From Bacteroidia bacterium (lineage in GTDB: Bacteria > Bacteroidota > Bacteroidia > M30B66), in assembly GCA_965279035.1 (NCBI GenBank), contig OZ257142.1, positions 4,064,001 to 4,128,000 of the forward strand: a stretch of 64,000 nt of DNA. The letters are read 5' to 3'. The notes under the pieces are model-generated. The model ran no database searches and was not told where the DNA came from. It saw nothing but the letters and a program-made list of their open reading frames with translations. This document shows, in pieces, positions 9,144 through 19,136 of this stretch. A program made the translations under genes and the position numbers. Every line of letters begins with the position of its first letter. The first letter of the stretch is position 1.

Positions 9144-9944
9144 ATGCTCCAAACATACCGTTTTTCACTTTGCATACCCGCGTTCTTTTCAAGAATGTGG
9201 CTTGTTTGGATGCTTGTGATTCTTGGAATTAACTCTAAAATAACTGCTCAAGTTGTTGCTTCTGTTGATGAAACTGGGATTCTTTATTCCAAAGTTCGGC
9301 ATTCAGGCTTAACACTTCACAGTAATGGTTTAGGAATAAATTACCGAAGAGGTAAACACTTAACAGGATACAGTTTTCTTCTTGCTGATTTTTCATTAGT
9401 CACCATGAAACACCCGAAAGAAACCAAACAGGTGAATCAGTTTAGCGATAATAATGGTGGTTTTATTTATGGAAAGCTAAATTCATTGCTTATCCTAAGA
9501 ACTGGAATTGGAAAACAGAAATCGATTAATCAACGTGGTGATAGAGGAGGTGTCGATGTTTCCTATGGTATATATGGTGGGATTTCATGGGGAATTGCCA
9601 AACCTATTTACCTCAGTGTTTTTAAGTTTGATGATCAAAATGGAGTAACCGAATCAATCGAACGATACAATCCCGACAAGCATTTTCCAGATAATATTTC
9701 GGGCAGAGCATCCTACTTTAAAGGTTTTGGAGAATCTAAAATTCATCCCGGACTTTACGGAAGTTTTTTACTCAATTTTGAGTTCGGTCGTGAACAAGAT
9801 CGACTTAGAATGGTTGAAACAGGGTTTACAGTGGATGCCTTTGCTAAGCCGATTCCTATCATGGCTTTCAATAAAAACAGCAATTTCTTTTTCACCTTTT
9901 TTATCCGGTTGCTAATCGGAAAACAATGGAATTACGATGAGTGA
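9144..9944 (+). CDS. Conserved hypothetical exported or outer-membrane protein upstream of lipA
   Basis: Signal-like N-terminus and amphipathic beta-strand pattern. Start chosen 4 nt after a TATCTTTG -7 element; overlaps the lipA start. Confidence 0.7.
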   Translation: MLQTYRFSLCIPAFFSRMWLVWMLVILGINSKITAQVVASVDETGILYSKVRHSGLTLHSNGLGINYRRGKHLTGYSFLLADFSLVTMKHPKETKQVNQFSDNNGGFIYGKLNSLLILRTGIGKQKSINQRGDRGGVDVSYGIYGGISWGIAKPIYLSVFKFDDQNGVTESIERYNPDKHFPDNISGRASYFKGFGESKIHPGLYGSFLLNFEFGREQDRLRMVETGFTVDAFAKPIPIMAFNKNSNFFFTFFIRLLIGKQWNYDE

Positions 9945-10812
9945 GCAAAATGATATCGAACCTTTATTAAAGCGGAAAAAGAAACCCGATTGGCTTCGAG
10001 TTAAACTTCCTACAGGTCCTGAATATGCTCAGGTGCGTAAGTTGGTTGATGAGCATAAACTTCACACCATTTGCGAAAGTGGAAATTGCCCTAACATGGG
10101 TGAATGCTGGGGAGCTGGTACAGCAACCTTCATGATTCTGGGGAATATTTGCACCCGTTCCTGTGGATTTTGTGCTGTTGCTACTGGAATGCCTAGCGCG
10201 GTCGATTGGCAAGAACCTGCTCGTGTAGCTAGTTCTGTAAAATTAATGGGCGTGAAACATGCCGTTATCACCTCGGTCGATCGGGATGATTTAAAAGATG
10301 GAGGATCTATTATTTGGGCAGAAACCATTGAAGCCATTCGCAAAGCAAGTCCTGGAACAACTTTAGAAACACTCATTCCTGATTTTATGGGAAAATGGGA
10401 AAACCTTCAACGCATCATCGATGTTCGCCCTGAGATTGTTTCTCATAATTTAGAAACCGTCCGACGATTAACACGTCAAGTGCGCATTCAAGCTCAATTT
10501 GATCGAAGTTTAGAAGTCCTTCTTCGCTTGAAAAAAGGGGGCTGCAAAACGAAATCGGGTGTTATGCTTGGTTTGGGTGAAACTGAAAATGAAGTGTTAG
10601 AAACAATTGATGAATTGGCAGCAAACCAAGTCGATATTCTCACGCTTGGCCAATACCTTCAACCTACTCCGAAACACTTGCCCGTTGCAGAATTTATCAC
10701 ACCTGAACAATTTGCTTTCTATAAAGAATATGCATTGAATAAAGGATTTCGGTATGTAGAAAGTGGTCCTTTGGTTCGATCTTCTTATCATGCCGAAAAG
10801 CATTTATTCTAA
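9937..10812 (+). CDS. lipA: Lipoyl synthase
   Basis: [20 protein letters not shown], radical-SAM [17 protein letters not shown]. Confidence 0.98.
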   Translation: MSEQNDIEPLLKRKKKPDWLRVKLPTGPEYAQVRKLVDEHKLHTICESGNCPNMGECWGAGTATFMILGNICTRSCGFCAVATGMPSAVDWQEPARVASSVKLMGVKHAVITSVDRDDLKDGGSIIWAETIEAIRKASPGTTLETLIPDFMGKWENLQRIIDVRPEIVSHNLETVRRLTRQVRIQAQFDRSLEVLLRLKKGGCKTKSGVMLGLGETENEVLETIDELAANQVDILTLGQYLQPTPKHLPVAEFITPEQFAFYKEYALNKGFRYVESGPLVRSSYHAEKHLF

Positions 10813-10977
10813 ATCTTCTCAATTAACAAAAGAAGAATAAAAGAGGATTCCGTTGATATAATTCCAAATGAACTGGCTTTGTTAATAAAAATTTAACAAG
10901 CAAAACGCTTAATTATTTGCATACTTAATTTTCAAAGTGTACATTTGACACTCAATTAAGATTTAAAACCATCCATC

Positions 10978-12021
10978 ATGAGTAAAATCAGAGTAGCAAT
11001 AAACGGATTCGGACGAATAGGACGTATCAGTTTTCGCGCTATCCTTAATAAATCGAATATTGAAGTTGTTGCCATCAACGACTTAACGAACGTTCATACA
11101 CTGGCTCATTTATTAAAATATGATTCAGTACATGGTAGACTTCCCGTTGCATTAACTGTAAATGAAAATACCATTGAAGCAGGTGGTCATTCGATGAAGG
11201 TATTTGCTGAAAAAGATCCTGCAAATCTTCCTTGGAAAGAATTAAATGTGGATGTTGTTATTGAATCGACTGGGTTTTTCCTTGATAAAGAATCTGCAGG
11301 AAAACATTTAACAGCCGGAGCAAAGCGCGTTATTATTTCTGCGCCGGCTAAAGGAGATGTTGAAACCATTGTATTGGGAGTGAATGATCATATTCTTTCA
11401 AAAAATGAATCTATTCTTTCGAATGCTTCGTGCACAACCAATTGTGCAGCTCCGATGGTGAAAGTATTAGATGATGCCTTTGGTGTTGAAGCCGGATTAC
11501 TTACTACTATTCATGCATACACTGGCGATCAACGTTTGGTAGATGCTCCACACAGTGATTTACGTCGCTCACGTTCGGCTGCTTTGTCGATTATACCTAC
11601 AAGCACAGGTGCAGCAAAAGCCATCGCTTTAATTCTTCCACATTTAAAAGGTAAGTTAGATGGTTTGGCTATGCGTGTTCCTGTACCAGCAGGTTCAATG
11701 ACCGATTTGACAGTAAAATTGAAAAGAGAAGCCAGCGTTGCCGAAATCAATGCTGTATTTAAAAATGCTGCTGAAAATGGAATGAAAGGAATTCTGGAAT
11801 ACACAGAAGACCCAATTGTTTCAGCAGATATCGTTGGAAATCCTCATTCATGTATCATTGACTCTGGCCTCACTATGGTGATGGGACAAACTGTGAAAGT
11901 GGTTGGATGGTACGACAATGAAACCGGTTATTCGAACCGGATTGCTGATCTGATTGAGAAGATGGCGTCTTTGCCTACATTCTCTCAGAATGGCCTTAAC
12001 CAAGAACCTGTAACTGCATAA
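10978..12021 (+). CDS. gap: Type I glyceraldehyde-3-phosphate dehydrogenase
   Basis: INGFGRIGR, SNASCTTNC, WYDNETGYSNR. Confidence 0.97.
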   Translation: MSKIRVAINGFGRIGRISFRAILNKSNIEVVAINDLTNVHTLAHLLKYDSVHGRLPVALTVNENTIEAGGHSMKVFAEKDPANLPWKELNVDVVIESTGFFLDKESAGKHLTAGAKRVIISAPAKGDVETIVLGVNDHILSKNESILSNASCTTNCAAPMVKVLDDAFGVEAGLLTTIHAYTGDQRLVDAPHSDLRRSRSAALSIIPTSTGAAKAIALILPHLKGKLDGLAMRVPVPAGSMTDLTVKLKREASVAEINAVFKNAAENGMKGILEYTEDPIVSADIVGNPHSCIIDSGLTMVMGQTVKVVGWYDNETGYSNRIADLIEKMASLPTFSQNGLNQEPVTA

Positions 12022-12051
12022 TATAGGTTAGTTTGATTTTGGGAAACGGAG

Positions 12052-12080
12052 ATCCCGGTAGCTTTGCTAACCGGGATTTT
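12052..12080 (+). terminator. Rho-independent terminator of gap
   Basis: ATCCCGGTAGC-TTT-GCTAACCGGGAT hairpin followed by a T-tract. Confidence 0.75.
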
Positions 12081-12136
12081 CAATTTTATGTCGCTGAGTA
12101 AAACTAAAAGCTGCTTTCTACTAACTTCGTGCTTCC

Positions 12137-13165
12137 ATGACAACACTTACTTCTGTAGAAAAAATAGATGCTGCCAACATTGGATTAATGTTGATATCAT
12201 GCGTTCTCGCTTTTATTTTACCCTTTGAATTATTCCTTTTCTCCTATGCCGTGCTTGGTCCACTTCATTATCTGACTGAGATTGGTTGGCTACATAAAAA
12301 GGGATATTACACTACGGGGAAATACGATTATTTATTTCTAGGAATCCTAAGTGTATTAATTACTCTTGGCTTTCTCGGTTTAAATGATGCCTTAAGTGAC
12401 TTAGCTACTGGCTTGGTTTATCTCGCATTTTTAATGGCTTTTGTCATGGTGCTCATTAAAGACAATACTTTGAAGATCATATGCGGTGTACTCATTTTAT
12501 TTTCTACAATCCTATTTAATAAATACAATTTTTTTGAACTCTTTTTTGCGGTCTACCTTCCTACAATCATTCATGTTTATTGCTTCACAGGACTTTTTAT
12601 TCTGTATGGTGCTTTAAAGAATAAAAGTAAAATTGGATTTTTATCCTTGCTTGTATTTGTCGGTTGTACTCTCAGTTTCTTTTTATTTCCACTTGATTAT
12701 AATTCACTTGTTCCGATCAATAAAATTCAAGAAAGTATTGTTGGATTTGTTGAATTAAACCGTCAACTGATAAATTTCTTTGGATTTGATGATTTACAAG
12801 AATTTAGCAGACAGACATTGGGAGAGAATTCGCAAGTAATTTTCTTTTCACATTCAGGCTACATTGTGATGCGTTTTATTGCATTTGCTTATACTTACCA
12901 CTACTTAAATTGGTTTTCCAAAACATCAGTCATTCAATGGCATAAAGTCCCTAAAAAGACACTCTATATTGTATTAGCTGTTTGGGCAATTTCTGTATCG
13001 CTCTATGCATACAATTATATGGTTGGCTTGAAATGGTTATTCTTGATAAGCTTTTTACATGTCTTGCTTGAATTCCCACTAAACTTTCGAAGTTTTATTG
13101 GAATAGGTCAAGAACTGAAAGCATTGGTATCAGGAAAACAATTAACCAAAGTCCCCCAAAAATAA
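12137..13165 (+). CDS. Uncharacterised multi-pass membrane protein with His motifs
   Basis: About 9 hydrophobic segments; GPLHYLTE, TIIHVY, TYHYLNW and FLHVLLEFP motifs. Confidence 0.75.
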   Translation: MTTLTSVEKIDAANIGLMLISCVLAFILPFELFLFSYAVLGPLHYLTEIGWLHKKGYYTTGKYDYLFLGILSVLITLGFLGLNDALSDLATGLVYLAFLMAFVMVLIKDNTLKIICGVLILFSTILFNKYNFFELFFAVYLPTIIHVYCFTGLFILYGALKNKSKIGFLSLLVFVGCTLSFFLFPLDYNSLVPINKIQESIVGFVELNRQLINFFGFDDLQEFSRQTLGENSQVIFFSHSGYIVMRFIAFAYTYHYLNWFSKTSVIQWHKVPKKTLYIVLAVWAISVSLYAYNYMVGLKWLFLISFLHVLLEFPLNFRSFIGIGQELKALVSGKQLTKVPQK

Positions 13166-13166
13166 C

Positions 13167-14117
13167 ATGCGTATCATTTTTCTTGGGACACCCGATTTTG
13201 CAGTCCCAACAATGGAGGCTATACTTCAGGCTGGCTATCAAGTTGTTGCCGTTGTTACAGCCCCAGACCGACCTGCAGGTAGAGGTTTGCAAATGAAGTC
13301 TTCACCTGTGAAAGAATGTGCATTGCGCCATTCCATTCCAGTTTTGCAGCCTGAGAAACTCAAAGATTCTTTATTTATAGAAGAATTGCGTTCGTACAAA
13401 GCAGATCTTCAAGTAGTAGTTGCTTTTAGAATGCTCCCTGAAATTGTATGGAACATGCCTCGACTAGGCACTTGGAATCTACATGCATCGCTTTTGCCAA
13501 ATTATCGAGGAGCTGCTCCTATAAATCACGCAATCATCCAAGGTGAACATGAAACTGGACTTAGCACCTTCAAATTAGTGCATGCGATTGATCAAGGTGC
13601 GATTGCTTTACAAGAAAAACTTTCCATTGGCCCGAATGAAACAGCGGGCGAACTTCATGATCGGATGATGATGATTGGAGCGAAACTAATGACAAAGACG
13701 CTCAATCTCATTGATACCGATTCGGTTCAATTGATAGAACAACAAAGTATCTCTCAGCTCAAAATTCATGAAGCACCCAAACTTTCTTCTGCCTTTTGTC
13801 AAATTCTATTTAATCGCTCAGCAATAGAAGTGCATAATCACATTCGAGGATTAAGTCCATTTCCTGGAGCACATTGTACTTTATTAAATGGGGAAGAAAG
13901 GGTTGCGATAAAACTTTTCAGAACGCTTGTTTCTGATTTAACATTAGAAAATCACCCCTCTGGTTCGGTTTATATTCGATCTGATTCTACTATATATGTA
14001 CGTTGCGAAGACGCTTGGTTGGAGATTTTAGAGCTTCAAGTAGCTGGAAAACGACGAATTTCAGCTTCAGAGTTCCTAAAAGGCTTTCGAAAAGCAGGAA
14101 ATATTGCCTTGGAATGA
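13167..14117 (+). CDS. fmt: Methionyl-tRNA formyltransferase
   Basis: IFLGTPDFA, VVTAPDRPAGRG, NLHASLLPNYRGAAPI. Confidence 0.97.
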   Translation: MRIIFLGTPDFAVPTMEAILQAGYQVVAVVTAPDRPAGRGLQMKSSPVKECALRHSIPVLQPEKLKDSLFIEELRSYKADLQVVVAFRMLPEIVWNMPRLGTWNLHASLLPNYRGAAPINHAIIQGEHETGLSTFKLVHAIDQGAIALQEKLSIGPNETAGELHDRMMMIGAKLMTKTLNLIDTDSVQLIEQQSISQLKIHEAPKLSSAFCQILFNRSAIEVHNHIRGLSPFPGAHCTLLNGEERVAIKLFRTLVSDLTLENHPSGSVYIRSDSTIYVRCEDAWLEILELQVAGKRRISASEFLKGFRKAGNIALE

Positions 14118-14321
14118 ATTAAAAATCAGCGTTTTCTTACATAAATATTACACAAACCCGCGTAAACAGGCTGTTTCAGGGCGGAGTTATTAACAAAACA
14201 CTGCATTTATCAACAAAATCAAGGGTTTCAGGGGTTTGCCTATTGGTTGGGAATGAAATTCCAATAAATTTGCTTTAAGAGAACAAAAAAATATTTGTAA
14301 AACCCTCAAAACCAAAACATC

Positions 14322-14594
14322 ATGAACAAAGCAGAACTTATCGATGCAATCGCATCAAACGCAGAACTTTCTAAAGTAGATGCAAAAAAAGCATTAGATG
14401 CATTTATTACAGCTACAACAGGTGCTCTTAAAAAAGGTGACCGTGTTGCTCTAGTTGGATTCGGTTCTTTCTCAGTTTCTTCACGTGCAGCTCGTAAAGG
14501 CCGTAACCCACAAACTGGAAAAGAAATCAAAATCTCCGCTAAAAAAGTGGTGAAATTCAAAGCTGGTAGCGAGCTTTCTGGGAAAGTAAAATAA
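14322..14594 (+). CDS. hup: HU DNA-binding protein
   Basis: [30 protein letters not shown]. Confidence 0.98.
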   Translation: MNKAELIDAIASNAELSKVDAKKALDAFITATTGALKKGDRVALVGFGSFSVSSRAARKGRNPQTGKEIKISAKKVVKFKAGSELSGKVK

Positions 14595-14614
14595 TTCATT
14601 CCTAAACGCTTTTT

Positions 14615-14647
14615 AAAACCCTCCCCCGTGGAGGGTTTTTTATTTTT
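14615..14647 (+). terminator. Rho-independent terminator of hup
   Basis: AAAACCCTCC-CCCGT-GGAGGGTTTT followed by TTATTTTT. Confidence 0.8.
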
Positions 14648-14664
14648 GTGCATTTCCCACTTCC

Positions 14665-15723
14665 ATGACTAAAGCAGAAAAAATTGCCCAGTTCAATCCA
14701 AATGGTCCAGGCCAAATAGGTAGTAACTTGTTTGGTTTACCATTCAATCTTGAAGAATCTGATATTGTCATCGTTCCAGTCCCTTGGGAGGTTACTGTGA
14801 GCTATATGGGCGGAACTGCGCAAGGTCCAGAAGCCATTTTGAATGCCAGTTTACAAGTTGATTTATACGATCCCGATGCTCCTGAAGCGTGGAAATCGGG
14901 AATATTTCTATTAGAAGAAGATGATTCTATAAAAGAGGAAAGTGCTGTATTACGCGATCGTGCAGAAATTCACATTGATTCTCTTGCCAATGGTACATCA
15001 CAAGAACATGGTGATGAATTACTCTCAATTATCAGCTCTGCTTGCGAACAAATGAATGCTAAGGTGAAGTCCATTACTTCTGATTTACTTGATTCAGGTA
15101 AAATCGTTGGACTTCTAGGTGGCGATCATAGTACTCCTTTAGGTTTTATGCAGGCACTTGCTCAAAAACATCCTGAATTTGGTATCCTTCAAATTGATGC
15201 TCACATGGATTTACGAATCGCATACGAAGGCTTTACATACTCGCATGCATCTATCATGTATAATGCTCTAAAAATTCCACAAGTAAAAAAACTTGTTCAA
15301 GTGGGTATTCGTGATTTCTGTGAAGAAGAAATTCATGTCATGCAAAATCACAAAGACAAAGTCAAAACGTATTTTGATGATCAATTAAAATTCAACGCCT
15401 ATCAAGGAATTACATGGAAAGAACAAGTCACCGAAATCATTGCTCAACTTCCACACTATGTTTATGTTAGTTTTGATATTGATGGACTTGATCCTAAATT
15501 ATGTCCTAATACAGGAACTCCAGTTGCCGGAGGTTTAGAATATCATCAAGCAATCTATTTACTAAGCGAGCTATCAAAAAGTGGAAAGAAAATCATTGGG
15601 TTTGACCTAAATGAAGTTGCTCCAGGTGATGATGAATGGGATGCCAATGTTGGTGCTCGTTTACTCTTGAAACTCTGTGTTTTTACAGGAATTTCACAAG
15701 GACTTTTCTCTTCTGCACGTTAA
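14665..15723 (+). CDS. speB: Agmatinase / ureohydrolase family protein
   Basis: GGDHS, DAHMDLR, SFDIDGLDP..CPNTGTPVAGGL, DLNEV. Confidence 0.85.
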   Translation: MTKAEKIAQFNPNGPGQIGSNLFGLPFNLEESDIVIVPVPWEVTVSYMGGTAQGPEAILNASLQVDLYDPDAPEAWKSGIFLLEEDDSIKEESAVLRDRAEIHIDSLANGTSQEHGDELLSIISSACEQMNAKVKSITSDLLDSGKIVGLLGGDHSTPLGFMQALAQKHPEFGILQIDAHMDLRIAYEGFTYSHASIMYNALKIPQVKKLVQVGIRDFCEEEIHVMQNHKDKVKTYFDDQLKFNAYQGITWKEQVTEIIAQLPHYVYVSFDIDGLDPKLCPNTGTPVAGGLEYHQAIYLLSELSKSGKKIIGFDLNEVAPGDDEWDANVGARLLLKLCVFTGISQGLFSSAR

Positions 15724-15724
15724 A

Positions 15725-16366
15725 TCAAGGTGCAATTCTGAATCGTTCCCAGATGTGGTTCTTAACTGAATAGCATATTCGATCATGCATCCGATTTTGT
15801 CGCCCTTGCCAAAATTCTACATAATCTGGCTCCAATTGATAACCTCCCCAATGTGGTGGACGAGGAACTTCGATCCCTTCAAATTGCTGAATAAATTTCC
15901 GTTCGTTTTCTTCCAATTCATCACGAGATAAAATACGTTTACTCTGTGGAGATGCCCATGCACCAATCTGACTACCACGTGGTCGAATTGCGAAATATTC
16001 ATCGGAAGTCTTGGCTGGAACCTTTGATAATTTTCCTTCAAATCGAATTTGCCGCTCAAGCTCGGGCCAGAAAAATGTGGCACATCCGTATTCATGCACC
16101 TGTATTTCTACCCCTTTACGACTTTCATAATTCGTATAAAATGTAATTCCATCATCCGTGATGTCTTTTAATAAGACGATTCTGGCCGATGGTCTACCTG
16201 ATTCGTTTACCGTTGCAACCATCATGGCGTTGGGTTCAATCAATTTTACATCAAGTGCTTCATTAAACCAATTTCGAAATTGATCTATTGGGTTAATGGC
16301 CGTTTTCGACTCATCTAAGGCTTCTTTGATGTATTCTTTTCGAAGTTCTTTAATCCGGTCTTGCAT
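15725..16366 (-). CDS. pdxH: Pyridoxamine 5'-phosphate oxidase
   Basis: PSARIVLLK, FYTNYESRKG, SQIGAWASPQS, EFWQGRQNRMHDR. Start at MQDRIKELRKEY. Confidence 0.96.
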   Translation of the reverse strand: MQDRIKELRKEYIKEALDESKTAINPIDQFRNWFNEALDVKLIEPNAMMVATVNESGRPSARIVLLKDITDDGITFYTNYESRKGVEIQVHEYGCATFFWPELERQIRFEGKLSKVPAKTSDEYFAIRPRGSQIGAWASPQSKRILSRDELEENERKFIQQFEGIEVPRPPHWGGYQLEPDYVEFWQGRQNRMHDRICYSVKNHIWERFRIAP

Positions 16367-16553
16367 ACGAATCCTATTATTTCTGCGAATTTGATGATTT
16401 TGTCCTAAATGGAAACTGATCGATATCATCTAATCTAATCCCATTCAAAAAACGGATATTTTCTGACAAGCAACATAATATGTTCCCGAATGTTGAAGGG
16501 GCATTCAGTAACTTTTATTCTTCATCATCGTTTCATCCTATAAAATCAATCCC

Positions 16554-17114
16554 ATGAAAATGAATCTGCTCCCTCCTGATAAAGGCAGAATTCTGCTCTC
16601 AGAGCCTTTTCTGCATGATTCCTTCTTTAAAAGAGCGGTTATTTTATTGGCCGAAAACTCAGAAAAAGGTTCAATGGGTTTTATCTTAAATAAACCTGTT
16701 GGCTATCAAATACACGAACTCATTAGTGAATTTCCCGAATTTGAAAGTCCTGTTTATTTTGGAGGACCTGTAGAAAGCAACTCGCTATTCTTTATCCATA
16801 CTATCCCACATTTGATCGATAGTGCTTTTGAAATTGGTGATGGAATTCATTATGGTGGTAGTTATGAAAAACTAAAAAACATGGCTGCCCTTGGCATGAT
16901 TCAACCGGATCAGGTTCGCTTTTTCGCTGGATATTCTGGTTGGGAAACAGGCCAACTTGATTTTGAAATGGAAGAAGATTCGTGGTTAGTTTTTGAACGA
17001 CCTAAAACTTTACTCAATATGCGTCCCGAATCACTTTGGAGCGAGTTGTTGAAACAAAGTCATAGTGAAATGGCTATCTGGTCAAATTACCCCGAAGATC
17101 CAACATTGAATTAA
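16554..17114 (+). CDS. YqgE/AlgH family protein
   Basis: GFILNKP, YFGGPV, RFFAGYSGW..GQL, NYPEDPTLN. Confidence 0.93.
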   Translation: MKMNLLPPDKGRILLSEPFLHDSFFKRAVILLAENSEKGSMGFILNKPVGYQIHELISEFPEFESPVYFGGPVESNSLFFIHTIPHLIDSAFEIGDGIHYGGSYEKLKNMAALGMIQPDQVRFFAGYSGWETGQLDFEMEEDSWLVFERPKTLLNMRPESLWSELLKQSHSEMAIWSNYPEDPTLN

Positions 17115-17116
17115 TT

Positions 17117-17959
17117 TCAAACAGCAACGCGCGAATTCAACGCTTCGACTACACTTCGTGAAAACGCACTAAAATATCGTCTTTCCCTGAATCCAATTAC
17201 CCAACGAATTCCTTGAATTGTATTACATAGAAATACTTCTTCTGCAATATAAAAATCCTCTGTTAATAAAATTGCCTCCTCTACCTGATAGTTGTTTTCA
17301 CGAAACCAACGAATCAGGTTTTTTCGCATGATGCCAGGAAGAATTCCTTCTGCAACAGGCGGTGTAAGTATCCTTTTATCGGGCAGAATTAAAAATAAAT
17401 TCGAAGAAGTTGCTTCACAAATTCTACCATATTCATTCAACAAAATGGAATCATCCCAACCATTGTCGCGCGCGTAACGAGCAGCCAATACATATAAAAG
17501 TGCATTGGAAGATTTTATGCCCGACAAACTATTGACAGGTTTTCTGATTTCGGAATACAAACCCAAACGAAGTCCTTTTTCATTGATCGTATATATAGGA
17601 TTTTCTAATGGATCTGCCGAAATGATATAACTACATAAATCGGTTGATGGTCGATAATTTCCTCCTTCATTTCGGAATAATGCGATGCGGATTCGAGCAC
17701 TTGTTAATTCCATGCGCGAACAAAGTTCAAGCATCTCGTTACACAACTGAATTGGATTTAAGAAGGTAGTATCTAAACCCAGCGTGTACATTCCACTCAC
17801 CATTCGTTCAAAGTGATCGTCAACAAAAAATAGTTGGCCAGCTTGCATACGAATACTTTCGAAAATGCCATCACCATATCGAAAGCTTCGATTTGACGAA
17901 CCCATTTTCCATTCATTTTCGGGTAAAAAAGTACCGTTAAAACAAATCAGTTTATTCAT
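17117..17959 (-). CDS. Class IV aminotransferase (4-amino-4-deoxychorismate lyase-like)
   Basis: YGDGIFESIR, EATSSNLF, GILPGIMR. ATGA overlap with the upstream gene. Confidence 0.88.
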   Translation of the reverse strand: MNKLICFNGTFLPENEWKMGSSNRSFRYGDGIFESIRMQAGQLFFVDDHFERMVSGMYTLGLDTTFLNPIQLCNEMLELCSRMELTSARIRIALFRNEGGNYRPSTDLCSYIISADPLENPIYTINEKGLRLGLYSEIRKPVNSLSGIKSSNALLYVLAARYARDNGWDDSILLNEYGRICEATSSNLFLILPDKRILTPPVAEGILPGIMRKNLIRWFRENNYQVEEAILLTEDFYIAEEVFLCNTIQGIRWVIGFRERRYFSAFSRSVVEALNSRVAV

Positions 17960-18441
17960 GATTCTAGGCATTCTAGTAATTGTTCTAATGTAGGATTGGG
18001 AGGTACTAAAAAGCCTCTTACTCCAGCACCATGAGCGGCATCAACATCTCGTTGCTTATCTCCAATCATGAGACATTTTTCTGGATCGAGTTCAAATCGA
18101 GCAATTGCTTTTTCGAGAAGCAAGCTTTTGGGTTTACGACACAAACATTCTCCAAAATCAGGATGATGCGGACAATAATATATTTCATCGATAGCAAGTC
18201 CATGCCCTTCTAATTCTTCTTTCAAAAAAGCATGACAGGCATCTACAAGCCGATGATCATAAAGCCCTTTAGCAATTCCGGCTTGGTTTGTAATGATGAT
18301 AACCTTGTAACCCAAACGTTTCACTTCGTATAAAAAAGGAATAAGCTCAGGAAGAACTTCAAACTCTTCGTATCGAAGAATATAGTCGCCAAGTTCTTTG
18401 TTAACGACTCCATCGCGATCTAAAAAAACGGCTTTGTTCAT
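17956..18441 (-). CDS. HAD-IIIA phosphatase (GmhB / histidinol-phosphatase family)
   Basis: FLDRDGVVN, TNQAGI, CPHHP..CLCRKP, MIGDK. Confidence 0.9.
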   Translation of the reverse strand: MNKAVFLDRDGVVNKELGDYILRYEEFEVLPELIPFLYEVKRLGYKVIIITNQAGIAKGLYDHRLVDACHAFLKEELEGHGLAIDEIYYCPHHPDFGECLCRKPKSLLLEKAIARFELDPEKCLMIGDKQRDVDAAHGAGVRGFLVPPNPTLEQLLECLES

Positions 18442-19061
18442 CGTTGAAAAAATTCTGCTATCTGACTAATAAAATTACGCGCTATATCAGGACTCAAAAT
18501 AAGTGTGAACAACAATCCATAAAATCCTCCCCATAAATGTGCGTCATGATTTATGTTGTCGTTTGCTCTATTTCCCATATACATGCTATATCCAACGTAA
18601 ATCGCAGCCCACAAAATAGCAGGCAAAGGCAAAATACCATACAGGTAAATTTTCATAAACGGTCCAAAAACAATACTTGAAAACATCACTGCCGAAACTG
18701 CACCTGATGCACCAACTGCATTGTACCAATGATCTTCTTTGTGTTTGCGGTAAGTGCTAATGGAAGAAATGATGATTGCTCCAAAATAAAGTAGTAGATA
18801 AATCAAAGGCGCTAGTTCTCCAAAATGAAATGCTAGGTTGTTTTCTACAAATTGTCCAAATGAATAAAGGACAAGCATATTGACAATCAAATGCATCCAA
18901 TCGGCATGTAAAAATGCATGAGTAATAAACCGATACCACTGATTGCGGTGGTTGATCATATATGCATTGAACTGATAGCGAGCCATCAACTCTGTTTTAT
19001 TAAATGCAATAATGGATACTACAGCAGTAATGGCAATAATGGGTAGGGTAAGGAAAACCAT
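18438..19061 (-). CDS. Rhomboid family intramembrane serine protease
   Basis: FLHADWMHLIVNM, GASGAVSA, NHDAHLWGG. Confidence 0.93.
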   Translation of the reverse strand: MVFLTLPIIAITAVVSIIAFNKTELMARYQFNAYMINHRNQWYRFITHAFLHADWMHLIVNMLVLYSFGQFVENNLAFHFGELAPLIYLLLYFGAIIISSISTYRKHKEDHWYNAVGASGAVSAVMFSSIVFGPFMKIYLYGILPLPAILWAAIYVGYSMYMGNRANDNINHDAHLWGGFYGLLFTLILSPDIARNFISQIAEFFQR

Positions 19062-19136
19062 GCTGCAAAGATAGACAGCTCAGGAAGGCATTTCTGGAAA
19101 AAAAACAGGGAAAATGAAAATTCTCTTTATGTTATC

